Shown piece by piece: positions 12,650-25,117 of a stretch of DNA of 64,000 nucleotides; position 1 is the first letter of the stretch; each line of letters starts with the position of its first letter. The notes below the pieces were generated by a model. The model ran no database searches, was not told where the DNA came from, and was given only the letters and a program-made list of their open reading frames with translations. Made by a program: the position numbers and the translations under genes. This DNA is from Octopus vulgaris (Eukaryota): the NCBI GenBank assembly GCA_951406725.2, contig OX597817.1, positions 173,600,001 to 173,664,000 of the forward strand. Reading direction: 5' to 3'.

Positions 12650-12673
12650 CTTCATCTACAGTATGATCCTTGG
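12650..12673 (-). CDS. LNPK: Candidate 24-nt symmetric microexon of lunapark (A-KDHTVDE-G), phase 1-1
   Basis: Pyrimidine-rich acceptor ttttcattgtctttcatttattcttctccag and donor GAAG|gtatgt. Open in the required phase. Confidence 0.6.
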
Positions 12674-14034
12674 CTGGAGAAGAATAAATGAAAGACAATG
12701 AAAACTGCTGCCTCTTTAGATGACAATGATTGGAAAACAAAGCAGTTATACACAAAACCCTACCAATGACTGTTTATTATCAACACTAGTGTGTCACCAA
12801 AGAAAGAATCTTGGGGTTTGTTGGGACCCCAGTCTTTTCACTCCAATCTTTTCTAATTTCAGTTGGAGTTAGTAAGGTAAGAAGAATTTTCTTTCTAAAA
12901 AACAAAAAAACACTTCCAGCAAAGAAGTGCCAACTGTTTCAACTAACTGGCAAATTACTGTTGTTTGAAAACAGACTTTTAGACTAATGCCACATCAAAC
13001 AGAATTACTAACAAGGAAATAGGATATTTTTAAGAAACAGAGATTTAAGTATGAGAAAGTTGGTCATTCTTTTAGTTCAGAAATCACAACAGGTAAACAT
13101 ATGAAAAAGAAAACCAAAAATAAATAATAAACTGGCCAAAAATTGAAACCAATATTTTGTGGTAGATTTTTAAAATCACATAATGTACATTAGAACTCAA
13201 AATATTGGAAAGCTATCTCTAAAGACTCCTGCTGATCAACAGAATACTTATGTTGATGTTTTGGGAATCATACTGTTGCCAAAAGGTGCAGTAGAAAAGA
13301 ATTTCTTGCATAAGGTCACTGCAAGATTATTAGATGCAATTCTCAGTTGATATGTTATTATGCACCCTTAACTGCCCCCAATATGGACCTTAAATGAAAT
13401 CTCCAGCTGAAGCTGAGTTGTTTTTAAGCTTATAATTCTTTAGAAGCTCTTCTCACTTCTTAACCCAACAATTATAACATGAAAATAAACAAGAGATAAT
13501 CTACTGAAAATTTGATTATTTCCTTCTAATCAAATCCAATAAGCATGTTCTGAGGTAACATCTTTAATAAATGGTGATATAGAAGCAGTGTGAACTGTGC
13601 CATACAAAATAGATGTCTTAACCTACACCAGGAATAAGCAATTTTTGAGGGACAACCAAAGACACAATACACTAAACACAGCATAATTAAAACTCAGCTT
13701 CGAACAGCTAAATAAGAAAATGATGAGGAAAACGAACCAAGGAAAAGTTGGAAAGAGGCAAAAATTTGTATCTCGCATAAACCAACAAAATAAGCAGTGA
13801 AAACTTTAAACAAAGTAATTAGTATCATCAGTGACAGCCACTTCTGCAGGTGACAATTACAAAGCTCAAAAAACACAACCACATTTCACCAGCGAAAAAA
13901 TGTCTTCAAGCATTCCTTGAAAATCAGCTGCAAAAAAAAAACCCCCGCATTGAGCAACAGGAACACAAAATGCAAGATTAACCCATTCCACTTTGACAAA
14001 AAGCCTCCCACAAATCCTTTTAACAATTACTGCA

Positions 14035-14379
14035 GCCTCGCATCCGTTGCCAGCCTCGCCTTGGCCCCCGTGCCGGTGGCACGTAAAAGCACCATCCGTT
14101 TGTGGCCGTTTGCCAGCATCGCCTGGCCCCGTGCCGGTGGCACGTAAAAGCACCATCCGTTCGTGGCCGTTTGCCAGCTCTGTCTGGCACCTGTGCGGGT
14201 GGCACGTAAAAAGCACCCACTACACTCACGGAGTGGTTGGCGTTAGGAAGGGCATCCAGCCATAGAAACACTGCCAGATCTGACTGGGCCTGATGAAGCC
14301 TTCCGGCTTCACAGACCCCAGTTGAACCGTCCAACCCATGCTAGCATGGAAAACGGACGCTAAATGATGATGATGATGA
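14035..14379 (+). mobile_element. RTE LINE 3' UTR or RTE-tailed SINE with ~60-bp internal tandem repeats and a (GAT)n tail
   Basis: ccgtgccggtggcacgtaaaagcaccatccgtt is repeated; ends ccaacccatgctagcatggaaaacggacgctaaatgatgatg, like 23608..23800 reversed. Confidence 0.85.
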
Positions 14380-14730
14380 ACTCAACATGTTGGTTAGAAA
14401 ACTAGCTTTCTGCTCAAAAAATTTACTAAAATAGCATGTCTTGAATTTACAATTTCCCAAATGAGTACCACAAACATCCTTCCTCTCCACAAACATCCTT
14501 CCTCTCCACACTCATTTTAACCTATACACACACAGCCTCCCAACATTTCTTCAGACAATACATGTAGCCTCACATGCAGGAGACATGACACAATTAGACA
14601 ATTACTTCAACCTTACATCAATCACCTAGAACAGCATGTTAAGCCCCTACACTCCCTATGGAGCATTGGCCAACAACAACTTTTGTCCACTTTCTCGAAT
14701 CTGGGCTGTGCCTCCCAGGTCTTCTTAGAT

Positions 14731-14957
14731 TTAACCTTTTAACATTCAGATTACTCGGTCAAAATTTAATGCTTACTTATTCACAATATTTTGACTTAAT
14801 CATGCATAATCTTGTAGCTTTGAGATCTCAATATTGTGACAGTTTATTTTTACAATGACATTGCAGGGTAGGGGTGAGAGGTCAGATCTGACCACTTTCA
14901 ACATAAAACAGAATATTTGGGGCTGATATGACCAGTTTTTAAACACTAAAGGGTTAA
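14731..14957. mobile_element. piggyBac-type MITE
   Basis: TTAAcctttt...taaagggTTAA termini; internal similarity to 53900..54113. Confidence 0.75.
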
Positions 14958-15809
14958 ATTGTTAGCAATGCTTCTATAGCTTTACTTGTTTTCTAAGTAG
15001 GGAGTGATGGCCCTATGCAAGCCCATTTTTACCTCCAGTAAGAGGTGGTCCATATAAGCCCAATTTCTATCCTTTGATTTGTCAAGCACAGGCGGTCCTA
15101 CAAGGAGCTTATGCTCCACTGGTTTAACTCTCAGGCTCCTCGAGGCACACAAGTTAACACATTGCAACAAGGACTGGACTTTGTGGTATCAATCACTCAG
15201 AAGCCTGGCTATGAATCATTCAGAAACCTGATTTCAATCTACTGCCTCCCTTTTTACTAGTGACACAAGAAGTCCTCAAATACACCCAACCTTTACACTT
15301 TAACAATGTAAATGTACTTCACACTAAAAGGACAAAAATACTTGGTGATCACAAAATAAGTCCAGAAACATGAAGCAAGTATAAAACAGAATACAGAACA
15401 GCACACACACATATTTAGAGCACCTGTAAGCAGTGCAAATGGCAAACAACAAAGGAACAACAACATTAGTATGTTAATAATACTTTAGATCCATCATGAA
15501 CAATGCCAGCTCTACTTGGGCCCAAAATCTCACCCTAACAGAAGACAGTAAACTTTTTAGCCACACAACCTTGTCTGCATCTTTTATTTATTTATTTATT
15601 TTATCTTTTTAGTTGTTTCAGTCATTAGACTGTGGCCAAGCTGGGGCACCACCTTGAAGAACTTTAGCTGAGTGAATCAATCCAAATGTTATTTTTTTAA
15701 GCCTTGTACTTATTCTGTCAGTCTCTTTTGCCAAACTGCTAAGTTACAGGGACGGAAATACACGTGGTGATGGACAACAAACACAGACACCAAGATGAAC
15801 ACTCATATG

Positions 15810-15857
<48 letters not shown>

Positions 15858-15872
15858 CACACACACACATAT

Positions 15873-16597
15873 ATAAGGTCTGATCAATAAGTATCCGGAC
15901 TGTTGCTATAGTAACAAAGCTGAAGCATGCAGAGTAACGCTGCTTGGTACAGATTGACTTTGAACTCTGCTGTGCATGCACACTAAGTTTTACCATTCTA
16001 GCTCATGTCTACTGTTTACAGCAGTGCTTGGAAGGAAGGTGTGTAGTGTGTGATCATTGCATTGACCATGACAGAGAAAGATGTCATGGTGACACCAGCT
16101 CAGAGGCCTTCACAAAGTTGCAGAAAGTGTATGAGCCACAAGTGTACAAGTGGTTCACACGTTTCCAAGATGGCCGAAAAATGTCGATAGTGATGACTGT
16201 TCTGGGAGACCCGCAACTAGCAGAACTGAGAAAAACATTGCAGATGTGCAAACAACTGTGAGGGGAAATCAGCAAATTACTATCCGTGATTTATCAGAGG
16301 ATGTGCAGATTAATTACAGTTTAGTTCAGCCCATCATCACTGAAGATTTTTAGGTATGAGACACTTTTCTGCCAAGTTTGTGCCAAAACTGCTTTCAGTT
16401 GCACAAGATCTTGATTGTGTCAAGAATGATGAAAACTTCTTGAAGACTTTGTGTAGGCCTCTGAGCAGGTATCGCCAAGCTTTTGGTAAAATTTGATGCA
16501 GATTCTCTGCTCAACTTTGTCTGTCATGGTCAATGCAATGATCACATGCTACACACTTTCCTTCCAAGCACTGTTGTAAACAGCAGGAGTGAGCTAT
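15873..16597 (+). mobile_element. Non-autonomous mariner derivative with long internal inverted arms
   Basis: Starts TA-taaggtctgatcaataagt. Transposase HTH remnant (QVYKWFTRFQDGR; DDDCSGRPATSR-like). About 16000..16080 is the reverse complement of about 16515..16597. Confidence 0.75.
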
Positions 16598-17868
16598 CAG
16601 GCTGAGTAAAAGTAAGCAACGTTTTGAAACAGGGAATTCATCACAATATATTTCAACAAAGCAGAATTTTATTCATCAAAGTAAGAACCATTACAATCAA
16701 CACATTTGTGCCAATGAATTACAAGTTTGTTTATTTTGGTAACATAAACATTTGGAGTTCTGGAGCTGATGAACTCTTTAAATGCACTTTCAGCATTGGT
16801 TTAATTTTTGAACTTCTTCTCTCACAGTAAACTATCAAGGCGCTTGAAAAAGTGGTAGTCACTAGGAGAAAGGTCTGGGAAATAAGCTGGGTGGGGAAGA
16901 ATTTCGTAACCAAATTCCCTTAACTTCTAGTCTCATTAGTGAAATGTGTGGTCCAGCATTGTCATGAAGAATGATTGTCCCTCTTTTGTTGACCAATCTG
17001 GGATGGAGGAGTAGCAGTTTTTCTTTCATTTAGATAATATGTTTCTGCTGTAATGGTTTTTCCGGGTTTTAAGAAGTTATGGTGGATGAGTCCAGCAGTA
17101 CTCCACCGGTCACCATAACCTTCTTTTTGAAGAGCTTGGGTTTAAGGGAGGTTTACAGTGCTACATTTTGGTCCAACCACTGCGAAGAATGCTTTTTATT
17201 ATTGTACAGAATCCACTTTTCATCACAAGTTACAAAACAGTTGAGAAATGGATTGGTCTGGTTACAGAGAAGTGATGAGCAAATTTCATATCTGCACATT
17301 TTCTGATTTTCATTCTAATCGTGTGGTACTCATTTGTTGAGCATTTTTGATTTTCCAATCACATGCAGATGGTTACAGGCAGCTTCCTGGCTAACTTGAG
17401 GCTCTTTTGTCAGTTCTCAAGTGATTTTACATGGGTCTTTCTCAGTAACAGTCTTTAACTGACCGTCATCAATGACAGATGGGTGTCCACTATGCTAACG
17501 ATCTTTGAAGCTCAGGTCTCGATTGCAGAATTGTTCAAACCATTTTTGAACTGACCACTCATTGGTCATCTCCTCAACAAATGTTTCATTGATATTGCGA
17601 GCAGTTTCAGCTGCTTTACATCCTTTTTTGAAGTTGAATAGCAAAATTGCTCGAATATTACACTTTGACAGTTCCATTTCAGATGATTGTAACAACAGTG
17701 AAAAAAAATCAATGTTAATTTATTGATCCATTTGGGCAAGTCTATGTCTGTATTATCAGATAATTGCAAAAAAATGTGTAAAAAAAAAAATCAAAACTCT
17801 GCATAAATCCGGTACAAATTCTTCATGTTTCAAAACGTTGCATACTTAACATTCTACTGAACCCCTAG
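16597..17868 (-). mobile_element. Decayed full-length mariner transposon, Hsmar1/cecropia-like (~1.27 kb)
   Basis: ORF 17495..17695 MELSKCNIRAILLFNFKKGCKAAETARNIN...SVQKWF resembles the Hsmar1 N-terminus. Inverted terminal core gcaacgttttgaaaca / tgtttcaaaacgttgc; frameshifts and stops. Confidence 0.85.
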
Positions 17869-17998
17869 TCCGAAACCGATTGGTAAGATCAGCTGTAATG
17901 GATATACAATACCGTATGCTTCGATTAATACACCCACTCTAAAAACAAATATATGAGTATATATCTTCCTGGCTTATGGATTTCTTAAACATACATAC

Positions 17999-18041
<43 letters not shown>

Positions 18042-19887
18042 CATATACATACACATATATATATATATCACGTGACCGACCAGACCATCAGATGTTGTTA
18101 CACATCGCTGGTCACAATGCGTTTGCATTGTTTTAGCCTTAGAATATATATATATATATATATACATACATACATATATATATGTATATGTGATGGGCTT
18201 CTTTCAGATTCTATCAACCAAATCCATTCATAAAGCTTTGGCCAATCTGAGGCTATAGTAGAAGGTGTCACATAGTGGGACTGAACTTGGAACCATGCGG
18301 TTGAGAGGCAAACTTCTTAACATACAGCCACGCCTGCATCAATCTATTTCTTTTTCTTTTCTTTTAAATTTTCTACCCCACCCCACTCCTCTATAAAGTC
18401 ATTTCAAGATGTACAGTATAATTCAACTAAGTTAAACTATTCTAAAATCAATACTGAACATTATTGCTTTTTTTTTTTTTAATGTAATCGATATTCTACT
18501 CAAGACACTTAAAGAGCTTTTATAGTATTTATTGAACAGTCACTTCTATTACATCTTAGTCTTCTTTCTGAATAAATATCTCTATTCTTCTCCCCCTCCA
18601 TAACATCTTGATTCGTTCCCATGATTTGTTTTTTTTACTCTAGTCCAAACACTTTTGGAAGCTTATCTTTACTACATGGACACCCTACTCCACTGCTATG
18701 TTCAATAAGTAATATCTACAAGGTTTGATGTTAAACTCATTACCAGTTAGCATTTTCAAACTGTCAGACATATATATTCTCACTGTCTGCCTTTCCATCT
18801 CTCTCTCTCTCAACCTCCCTTCCTTCCACACACAAACACACACACATACATTCATTACTTTTCTTTCCTTCTCAAGCCAATCAACACCATTACATCATAG
18901 AGTACCTAGTGAAATTGTTACTGACACATCTGTCTCAAGTCTTGCAATAGGATGGTGCTCATGATAATATTCTGTTATTTTCTACATTAAAAATAAAATT
19001 AAAAAAGCCCTGGTACAATCAGATTGTATAAACCTATACTATTTATTTTATAGTCACAGCTGAGGGTGGTATAACTGTCCATGGCCAAAGAGCTTCAAAT
19101 AAGTGGATCATTACAGTTAATATGGAGCTCAAAAGTATTTCATGAAAACATAAATTAAAATTCATATGGAAACAAATAGCAACATTGCAATTTATTGTGC
19201 ACTGATAAGTGAAATGATAAGCATTACTTGTTGCACAAAATTGCCTGGATTTATTATTGTGAAAGAAAAATCTGATGATAATCTATTGATCAAGCATAAA
19301 TCCTTGAAAATACAGTTTGGAAAGGAAAGGAAGTACAGTGAAAGCTGTTTATTGTGATCACCTTGCGACGAAGCCTTTTTGATAGCAATTGCCAGCTGAA
19401 AACATTAAGCAAATAAAGAGTTTGGGACCCACAAAGTTTGGTGACTGGAACTCGTTGATAACATTATCTGTGATTATAATAAGTGGCTTCCACTGTATTT
19501 ATATTCAAGATCATGAACAAAATAATATAACAGTTTCATTAAAGACAGACCCCTGCAAGAAGAACTGCAATCACATTTTCTGTTAGTTCTAATAAAGCAG
19601 ATGCCCAAACGATAGAGAACTGGGATTTGAGATTCCATCCATTTGATGTTAATAAAATAAGTTAGAATTAACCAAATAAGAGTAATAAAACTCTTTTTAA
19701 ACAGGAATCAATGACATAAAAGGGAACTTCCATTCCAAGATGATGCCAAATACTGCTTTTCTGGCCCAAAATACTAAGAAGTTTTCCTTGCATTTATTCA
19801 GTCTTGCACAAAAAACACACACAACACCAATAACAGAGAACATTCTATCCTAGCTAACCAATAAGGAAGTAAATATGCTAACAAGTA

Positions 19888-20766
19888 CAAGGGGGTACCC
19901 AAAAGAAACTGAAATTTTGCAATATTATTTCATTCACTTAGTTTTACTTGTTTAGACTTTTATTGCCTTCTAAGTGTTCTTCATTTGAGGCAATGCATCA
20001 GTATAAGTGCATTTTACACTATTCGAAGCAGTGCTGGAACTCATGCAAAGGGATGCCTTTCAACACCTCTTCCCCATCTGCAAATTCCATAGCATCAGCT
20101 TTCGTCACCAGTGATGGACCTTCGAAAAAAGGTCCAGATCAATTTCCATTTGTTCTTTCAGTTCAAGACATGCATTCAGTCATGATTGCTTTTGATCTTC
20201 CATGAGCAAGCAAGGAACAAATTTTGCTGCAACTCTTTTCATTTACAATGCCTTGCTCAAAATTCGTTAGCAGGAGCTCCAGGATACACCAGTCATGTCA
20301 AAAAGTTCATCAATTGTTCAGTGACGTCCTCTAAAATCAGTTCATGAATTTTCATGTTTTCATTCCTTCGGGAGGTCAACAGTTGCCCTGAATGAGATTG
20401 GTTTCAAGCAACAAATGACCATTCCTAAAGCATGGAAACCACATGTAAACTTGTGTTTTGCTCAAGGCAGCATCCTTGTAAGCTGCTTGAAGCATGATAA
20501 CTGTTTCAGCTGCTGTTTGCCCCAGCAAAAAACAGAATTTCACAGAAGCACACAGTTCCTTTGTTTCAGCCATTGTAAAAATTGACAAATGGTGGAAGCA
20601 CAGCAAAACAAAGACACATCACATGACAGTACAACTAAACAGGACAATGTCAGTTGGCAGACTGATGCCTGAGGGTCACATCAAGTTGCTTCTAGTGGCA
20701 GAAGCCTGAACTACAGTGAGCTTATCCCACAGAGAACATTCCCAGTAACTTTTGGGTATCCCCTTG
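19888..20766 (-). mobile_element. Internally deleted mariner transposon (879 bp)
   Basis: TA|caagggggtacccaaaagaaactg ... cagtaacttttgggtatccccttg|TA. ORF 20376..20606 VKFCFLLGQTAAETVIMLQAAYKDAALSKTQVYMWF is a mariner HTH. Confidence 0.9.
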
Positions 20767-21005
20767 TAAATGATAATAACATAAGAACCTTTACTTAACA
20801 TCCATTTTTTCCACGAATAGAGTTCAGGAGTTTATTTGAGACAAATTTTCTATGGCTGGATGCCTTTTCCTATCACCATCCCTTACCTGTTTCCCAGCAA
20901 AGTAATATTTGTTCATGGCCAAACATGTTCTTGCAGAATGTTAGAAATGACATTGCTTGCATGACATTGACACTCATTTATAACTATCATGCACTGTCAA
21001 GATAA

Positions 21006-21046
<41 letters not shown>

Positions 21047-21602
21047 GCAGACATCTTTCAATTTCCACCTACCATCTCCACTCACAAAGAGATGGAGCAA
21101 CAGTAGAAAACACTTGCTCAAACTGCCATGCAGCGAGACTGAATCCAGAACCATGTAGTTATAGTCATGAGAGATGCATTAACCATCAGCAAACTCTAGA
21201 ACAATCATACTTGATCACTAAAAAATATTTCTCCTTTCATTGACTTCTATTCTAACTTCAGACACTGCTCTTGTCCCTTATAAAAATTAACAGAGATTGT
21301 TAATACCACATGTAATCCTCAAGCAGTATCACCATGACACAATATGCGACAAGGTTGTCCCTTTGAATAAAAGGTACAATCCATCCAATAGGCTTCTGTC
21401 CAATTTCATTTACAAGGCTTGGGTTGACTCAAGCAATGATAAAAGGAACTTGCAGATGCCACGCTGTGAAACTGAACCTAAGACCTCCTGATTACAATCT
21501 GAACCCCTAAACCATTTGGCCATGCTGCAACCACCTATGTGACAGTTTAAGAGAAAGTATGACAGTAGAAAGAAAAAAAATGACCAAACATGGCTCACTC
21601 AC

Positions 21603-21633
21603 CTGGTTTGGGCTCAGGAGTTGTTTTATCACT
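21603..21633 (-). CDS. LNPK: Lunapark small exon (SDKTTPEPKP), 31 nt, phase 0-1
   Basis: Acceptor tttctcatatattccag and strong donor CAG|gtgagt. An exon of this phase type is needed to convert phase 0 to phase 1 between the exons at 22247 and 4928. Confidence 0.82.
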
Positions 21634-22246
21634 CTGGAATATATGAGAAAAAGAAGGTTAAAATAATTAGAAAAAGAATTTTAAAAATGATATCACAAGT
21701 ACAGTATTATCATATCCGTCCTGTATTTATATTTGTTTTCTACATACTCACAGGTCATGTGATTCCACTAAATACTATTTCCCAATTAATTTATTACTTA
21801 ATCACTGCTCAGCTTGTTTGAAATCAGCTCAAGTTAAAGCTGGAATCTAAAAGTTATCACACATCCCAATCATTTAGTTGTTGTTTAGCTTTAAGTCAAG
21901 TCAACCTTGATTAAACACATCCTTGATCAAAAGCATTCCAGCTGTGACCATCCAGTCTATTTTACAGATATGGTATATTTTAGGATAGCAAAAAAAGTAT
22001 TTTAGTATTTTTGGCCAGAATAGCAGCATTTGGCTTCATCTTGGAAAGCAACATATTCATTCACTTTCTGTAGGCAATGGAAGAATGACATTCTAGAGAT
22101 GAGGCAGTTGTTTCCTAAAGAAACTCCCTTACTAGTAAGAAGACAGTAAAGTAAAGTAGTAGCTAGCAACCAAAGAAAATATGTTGAACAGAGGGCATGA
22201 TAAGTTAACAAGGCCAAAAGGTAAAAGAAAAGGCAATCATACATAC

Positions 22247-22333
22247 TTCCAGCTTCTTAAATCTTGCAGGATCGAATCGATCAAAGATTTCTTTAGCTAC
22301 TTTGTAAGTTTCATTTTCTAGAACCTCTTCAAG
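22247..22333 (-). CDS. LNPK: Lunapark coding exon (LEEVLENETYKVAKEIFDRFDPARFKKLE), 87 nt, phase 0-0
   Basis: Acceptor ttttattgcatttcag and donor GAA|gtatgt. Matches the conserved LEEVxExETYKxAKxILxRFDP motif. Confidence 0.95.
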
Positions 22334-22533
22334 CTGAAATGCAATAAAAAGAAAGTTTAGAGATTAAAAAGAGTATTTTACAAGAGCCATAAACAATAAC
22401 AACATATCATAAGATTTCATTGTAATAAATATTGGCAAAAATGTTTGAAAATGATATTAAGTTATTCGAGGAATATATACATAGTTAAAGAAACACAGAT
22501 ACACACACATATATATATATACATACATACATA

Positions 22534-24720
22534 CAGGGTGCAATGAGTAAATTGTTGCCACTTTATATTTTTAATTTTGCGCATGTGCATTGTTTGTTTT
22601 AGATTTTGTCGATTACACAGTATAGTAGGGTCAGTTGGACACCGTCTGTGAGAAAAGCAGCACCATGATGCAACTTACTCTGCCAGAAGTTTGGAAATGA
22701 CATGCTGGAAGCTCCAATACAAATATTTCAGAGTTTGGGTCAATCTGAGGAGAGTGCAGAAGATTCAGAGAGAGTCGGATGAGTCTTAATGGTGATTACG
22801 GAGATACGGCACCTCAGAAAACTCACTCTGATCATTCGGATACAAATACAACTGAATTTGCTGGTGAGATCCAGGCCATGATTGACAACGATCCCCCTAA
22901 GTCAATCGGGTACATTGCCAGGGACATGGGAGTGTCTGAGTTTCTTATCAGGTAGGTAGGGCATGAAGACATTCAGTATTCCTCATACAAGAAGAGAAAG
23001 GGCCAATTTTTATCCCAAGCCATAAGGGACAAGAGGGAAGATCACACTATGAAGCTTTTGAACAAACTCAAGCATCCCCTCCAACCAAACATGCTTTGGT
23101 TTTTCTCAGATGAGAAAAATTTCTGCCAGGATCAAATGGTGAAGCCAAAGAACAACTGTTGGCTGTCAGGTTCCCAAAACCTGTATCAAGAGTGATAAAA
23201 ATCAAGCATCCAGTGGACATCATGGGGTTTGGAGTAATCACTGGTGATTGCAACATAATGCTTCCATTCATCTTCCCACACAGCCTCAGACAATTTCTGC
23301 AACCACATCAAACCTAACATCTGACCACCTAACTACCCAGACTGCAACTCCCTTGATCATTATGTGTGGGGCACAGTTGAATGAGAGATCAACAAAATTC
23401 CTTGTGATGCCAAAGATGAACTGAAGGCAAGAATTATGGTAGCATTCACCAACTTAAACCAGGAGACCTTCCAGAAGAGCTGCAGGAGATATTGAAGTCA
23501 TCTGGAAGTAGTGGATGAAGATACTGGTGATTCTATTGAATGAATTTAGTCTTTAGTATTTCAAGATATTTTTATGTAATTTTGGTAAATATATCTGTTA
23601 AAATGAGATCATCATCATCATCATTTAACGTCCATTCTCCATGCTAGCATGGGTTGGACGGTTCGACCGGGGATCTGGGAAGCCAGAAGGCTGCACCAGG
23701 CTCCAGTCTTATCTGGCAATGTTTCTACAGCTGGATGCCCTTCCTAATGCCAACCACTCCGTGAGTGTAGTGGGTGCTTTTTACGTGCCACCTGCACAGG
23801 TGCCAGGCGAGGCTGGCAACGGCCACGGTCGGATTGGTGTATTTTATGTGCCACCGGCACGGAAGCCAGTCGAAGCGGTGCTGGCATCGGCCACGAGTCG
23901 GATAGTGCTTTTTACGTACCACCAGACCAGGGATCCTGGCTGGTTCAATTCGATTTCGATTTCGCTTGCCCCAACATGTCTTCGCAAGCAAAGGGGTTGG
24001 CATGGGTGCCTGTCATACGGTTGGATTGGTGTATTTTACATGCCACCGGCACGGAAGCCAGTGGAGGCGGCGCTGGCATCGGCCACGAGTCGGATAGTGC
24101 TTTTTACGTACCACCAGACCAGGGATCCTGGCTGGTTCAGTTCGATTTCGATTGCCCCAACATGTCTTCACAAGCAAAAGGGGTTGGCATGGGTGCCTGT
24201 CGTCGGATGAGGTTCTATATCGACTTCGCTTGCCTCAACAGGTCTTTGTGTCCAAGGGAGGAAAGAGGCATTCATAAGTGGGCTGGGCTCACTTGTCCTG
24301 CCTGGTCTTCTCACGTACAGCATATTTCCAAAAGTCTCGGTCGCTGGTCATTTCCTCAGTGAGGCCTAAAGTTCGAAGATCGTGCTTCACCACCTCGTCC
24401 CAGGTTTTCCTGGGTCTACCTCGTCCACGGGTTCCCTCAACTGCTAGGGATTGGCACTTTCTCACACACCTATCTTCATCCATTCTCGCCACATGACCAT
24501 ACCAGCGCAATTGTCTCTCTTGCACACCACAAATGATGCTTCTTAGGTACAACATTTCTCTCAAGGTACTAACACTCTGTCGAGCATGCACACCGACATT
24601 ACACATCCATTGGAGCATACTGGCTTCATTTCTCGCGAGCTTACGCATGTCCTCAGCAGTCACGGCGTAAATGTTATTTTCATTTTTGCATAATTTAGAC
24701 AATTTATTCACTGCACCCCG
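22534..24720 (+). mobile_element. Decayed Tc1/mariner (maT-like) transposon interrupted by an RTE LINE
   Basis: TA|cagggtgcaatgagtaaattgt ... acaatttattcactgcaccccg|TA. Transposase remnants FSDEKNF and (W)PPNYPDCNSLDHYVWG. Subfamily assignment is inference. Confidence 0.85.
23608..24670 (-). mobile_element. 5'-truncated RTE-clade LINE with 3' UTR tandem duplication and a (GAT)n tail
   Basis: Peptide QLRWYGHVARMDEDRCVRKCQSLAVEGTRGRGRPRKTWDEVVKHDL is an RTE RT C-terminus; CpG-rich, so probably young. Confidence 0.92.
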
Positions 24721-24722
24721 TA

Positions 24723-25082
24723 TAGATATGCTTTTGAAGCAACCTTGCCACTCAAAACATTGTATGCAACCCATTGCCTCATCGCCGTACGCTTGCTGAA
24801 GAATGCTCAATGTTTCTGTAGCAGACTTCCCAAGCGTAACACAAAATTTCGCATTGGCTCTTAGTTCTTGTCCATGACAAAATTGAAGACTACAGCATAC
24901 ACATGATGACAAAAACACAGATTTCACAACTTGCAAAGTAAACACAGCAAGTCACTCAGCACACTGCCTCATGAAGCTCACTGATAGCTCTCACAGCATA
25001 CACAACCATATGCTGCCATCTGTTGGCATGCCATCTGTTGGCATGCTACAGAACTAGTCTGGGAACTTTTTGATACCACCTG
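24723..25082 (-). mobile_element. Mariner 5' remnant (terminus plus HTH)
   Basis: ELRANAKFCVTLGKSATETLSILQQAYGDEAMGCIQCFEW; terminus caggtggtatcaaaaagttcc on the minus strand. Confidence 0.8.

Positions 25083-25117
<35 letters not shown>

Noticed and set aside
14067-14215. Regularly spaced repeats resembling a CRISPR array
   Set aside because: Spacers are similar to each other, the context is a eukaryotic LINE 3' UTR, and there are no cas genes.
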